Source: Tubiluchus corallicola (lineage: Eukaryota > Animalia > Priapulida). From it: a stretch of DNA of 64,000 nucleotides. Positions within the stretch are counted from its first letter, which is position 1. Every line of letters starts with the position of its first letter. The stretch is from assembly GCA_030141605.1 (NCBI GenBank), contig JAQGDQ010000485.1, forward strand, positions 62,001 through 126,000, written 5' to 3'. The position numbers were made by a program, and so were the translations under genes. Of this stretch, positions 63,157 to 64,000 are shown piece after piece. The notes under the pieces were generated by a model, which ran no database searches, was not told the DNA's origin, and saw only the letters and a program-made list of their open reading frames with translations.

Positions 63157-64000
63157 TCTGTTCGTCTATAATTCTGTTTCTGGCCTTGTGAATAAAGTTT
63201 CAAGCCAAACTTTCTGTTCATCTATAATTCTGTTTCTGGCCTTGTGAATAAAGTTTCAAGCCAAACTTTCTGTTCATCTATAATTTTGTTTCTGGCCTTG
63301 TGAATAAAGTTTCAAGCCAAACTTTCTGTTCATCTATAATTCTGTTTCTGGCCTTGTGAATAAAGTTTCAAGCCAAACTTTCTGTTCATCTATAATTTTG
63401 TTTCTGGCCTTGTGAATAAAGTTTCAAGCCAAACTTTCTGTTCATCTATAATTCTGTTTCTGGCCTTGTGAATAAAGTTTCAAGCCAAACTTTCTGTTCA
63501 TCTATAATTCTGTTTCTGGCCTTGTGAATAAAGTTTCAAGCCAAACTTTCTGTTCATCTATAATTCTGTTTCTGGCGTTGTGAATAAAGTTTCAAGCCAA
63601 ACTTTCTGTTCATCTATAATTCTGTTACTGGCCTTGTGGATAAAGTTTCAAGCCAAACTTTCTGTTCATCTATAATTTTGCTGGCCTTGTGAATAAAGTT
63701 TCAAGCCAAACTTTCTGTTCATCTATAATTCTGTTTCTGGCCTTGTGAATAAAGTTTCAAGCCAAACTTTTTGTTCATCTATAATTCTGTTACTGGCCTT
63801 GTGGATAAAGTTTCAAGCCAAACTTTCTGTTCATCTATAATTCTGTTTCTGGCCTTGTGAATAAAGTTTCAAGCCAAACTTTCTGTTCATCTATAATTCT
63901 GTTTCTGGCCTTGTGAATAAAGTTTCAAGCCAAACCTTCTGTTCATCTATAATTCTGTTTCTGGCCTTGTGAATAAAGTTTCAAGCCAAACTTTCTGTTC
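63157..64000. repeat. Tandem array, 56-bp unit, at least 15 copies, running off the window
   Basis: Unit TCTGTTCATCTATAATTCTGTTTCTGGCCTTGTGAATAAAGTTTCAAGCCAAACTT; period 56 measured (63181 to 63237). Confidence 0.97.

Overview
This is AT-rich eukaryotic DNA, probably from an invertebrate animal. The main feature is a + strand array of seven intact single-coding-exon C2H2 zinc-finger ORFs (3496, 7039, 11522, 41060, 48648, 51049, 58499), plus one decayed copy (~62064) and two displaced 5' stubs (~11083, ~40665). Every intact copy has the same layout: a conserved splice acceptor (TG-x-ATTTTAG), exactly five codons mostly matching V-x-T-E/D-x, a TAA, a spacer of variable length, and then an independent ORF. 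That ORF has a near-invariant ~40-aa N-terminal zinc-binding module ([40 protein letters not shown]), a divergent linker with a SUMO-type motif, and 2-4 variable DNA-binding fingers. The 15 nt + TAA spacing is kept in all intact copies and broken in all three dead ones. This suggests alternative terminal exons that each finish a shared upstream ORF and then encode a second cistron. Three copies share a 5' cassette that appears to have been copied from one locus to the others. A multi-exon ARHGAP19-like RhoGAP gene (18994-28397+) lies inside the array on the same strand and carries a 1.37-kb inverted duplication that includes one of its exons. The rest is transposon-rich: hAT, Tigger-like and Kolobok-like MITEs, two solo LTRs, LINE fragments, a 5S-rRNA-headed SINE-like element, and 43-bp and 56-bp tandem arrays. 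All family assignments come from reading the sequence by eye; no database search was run.
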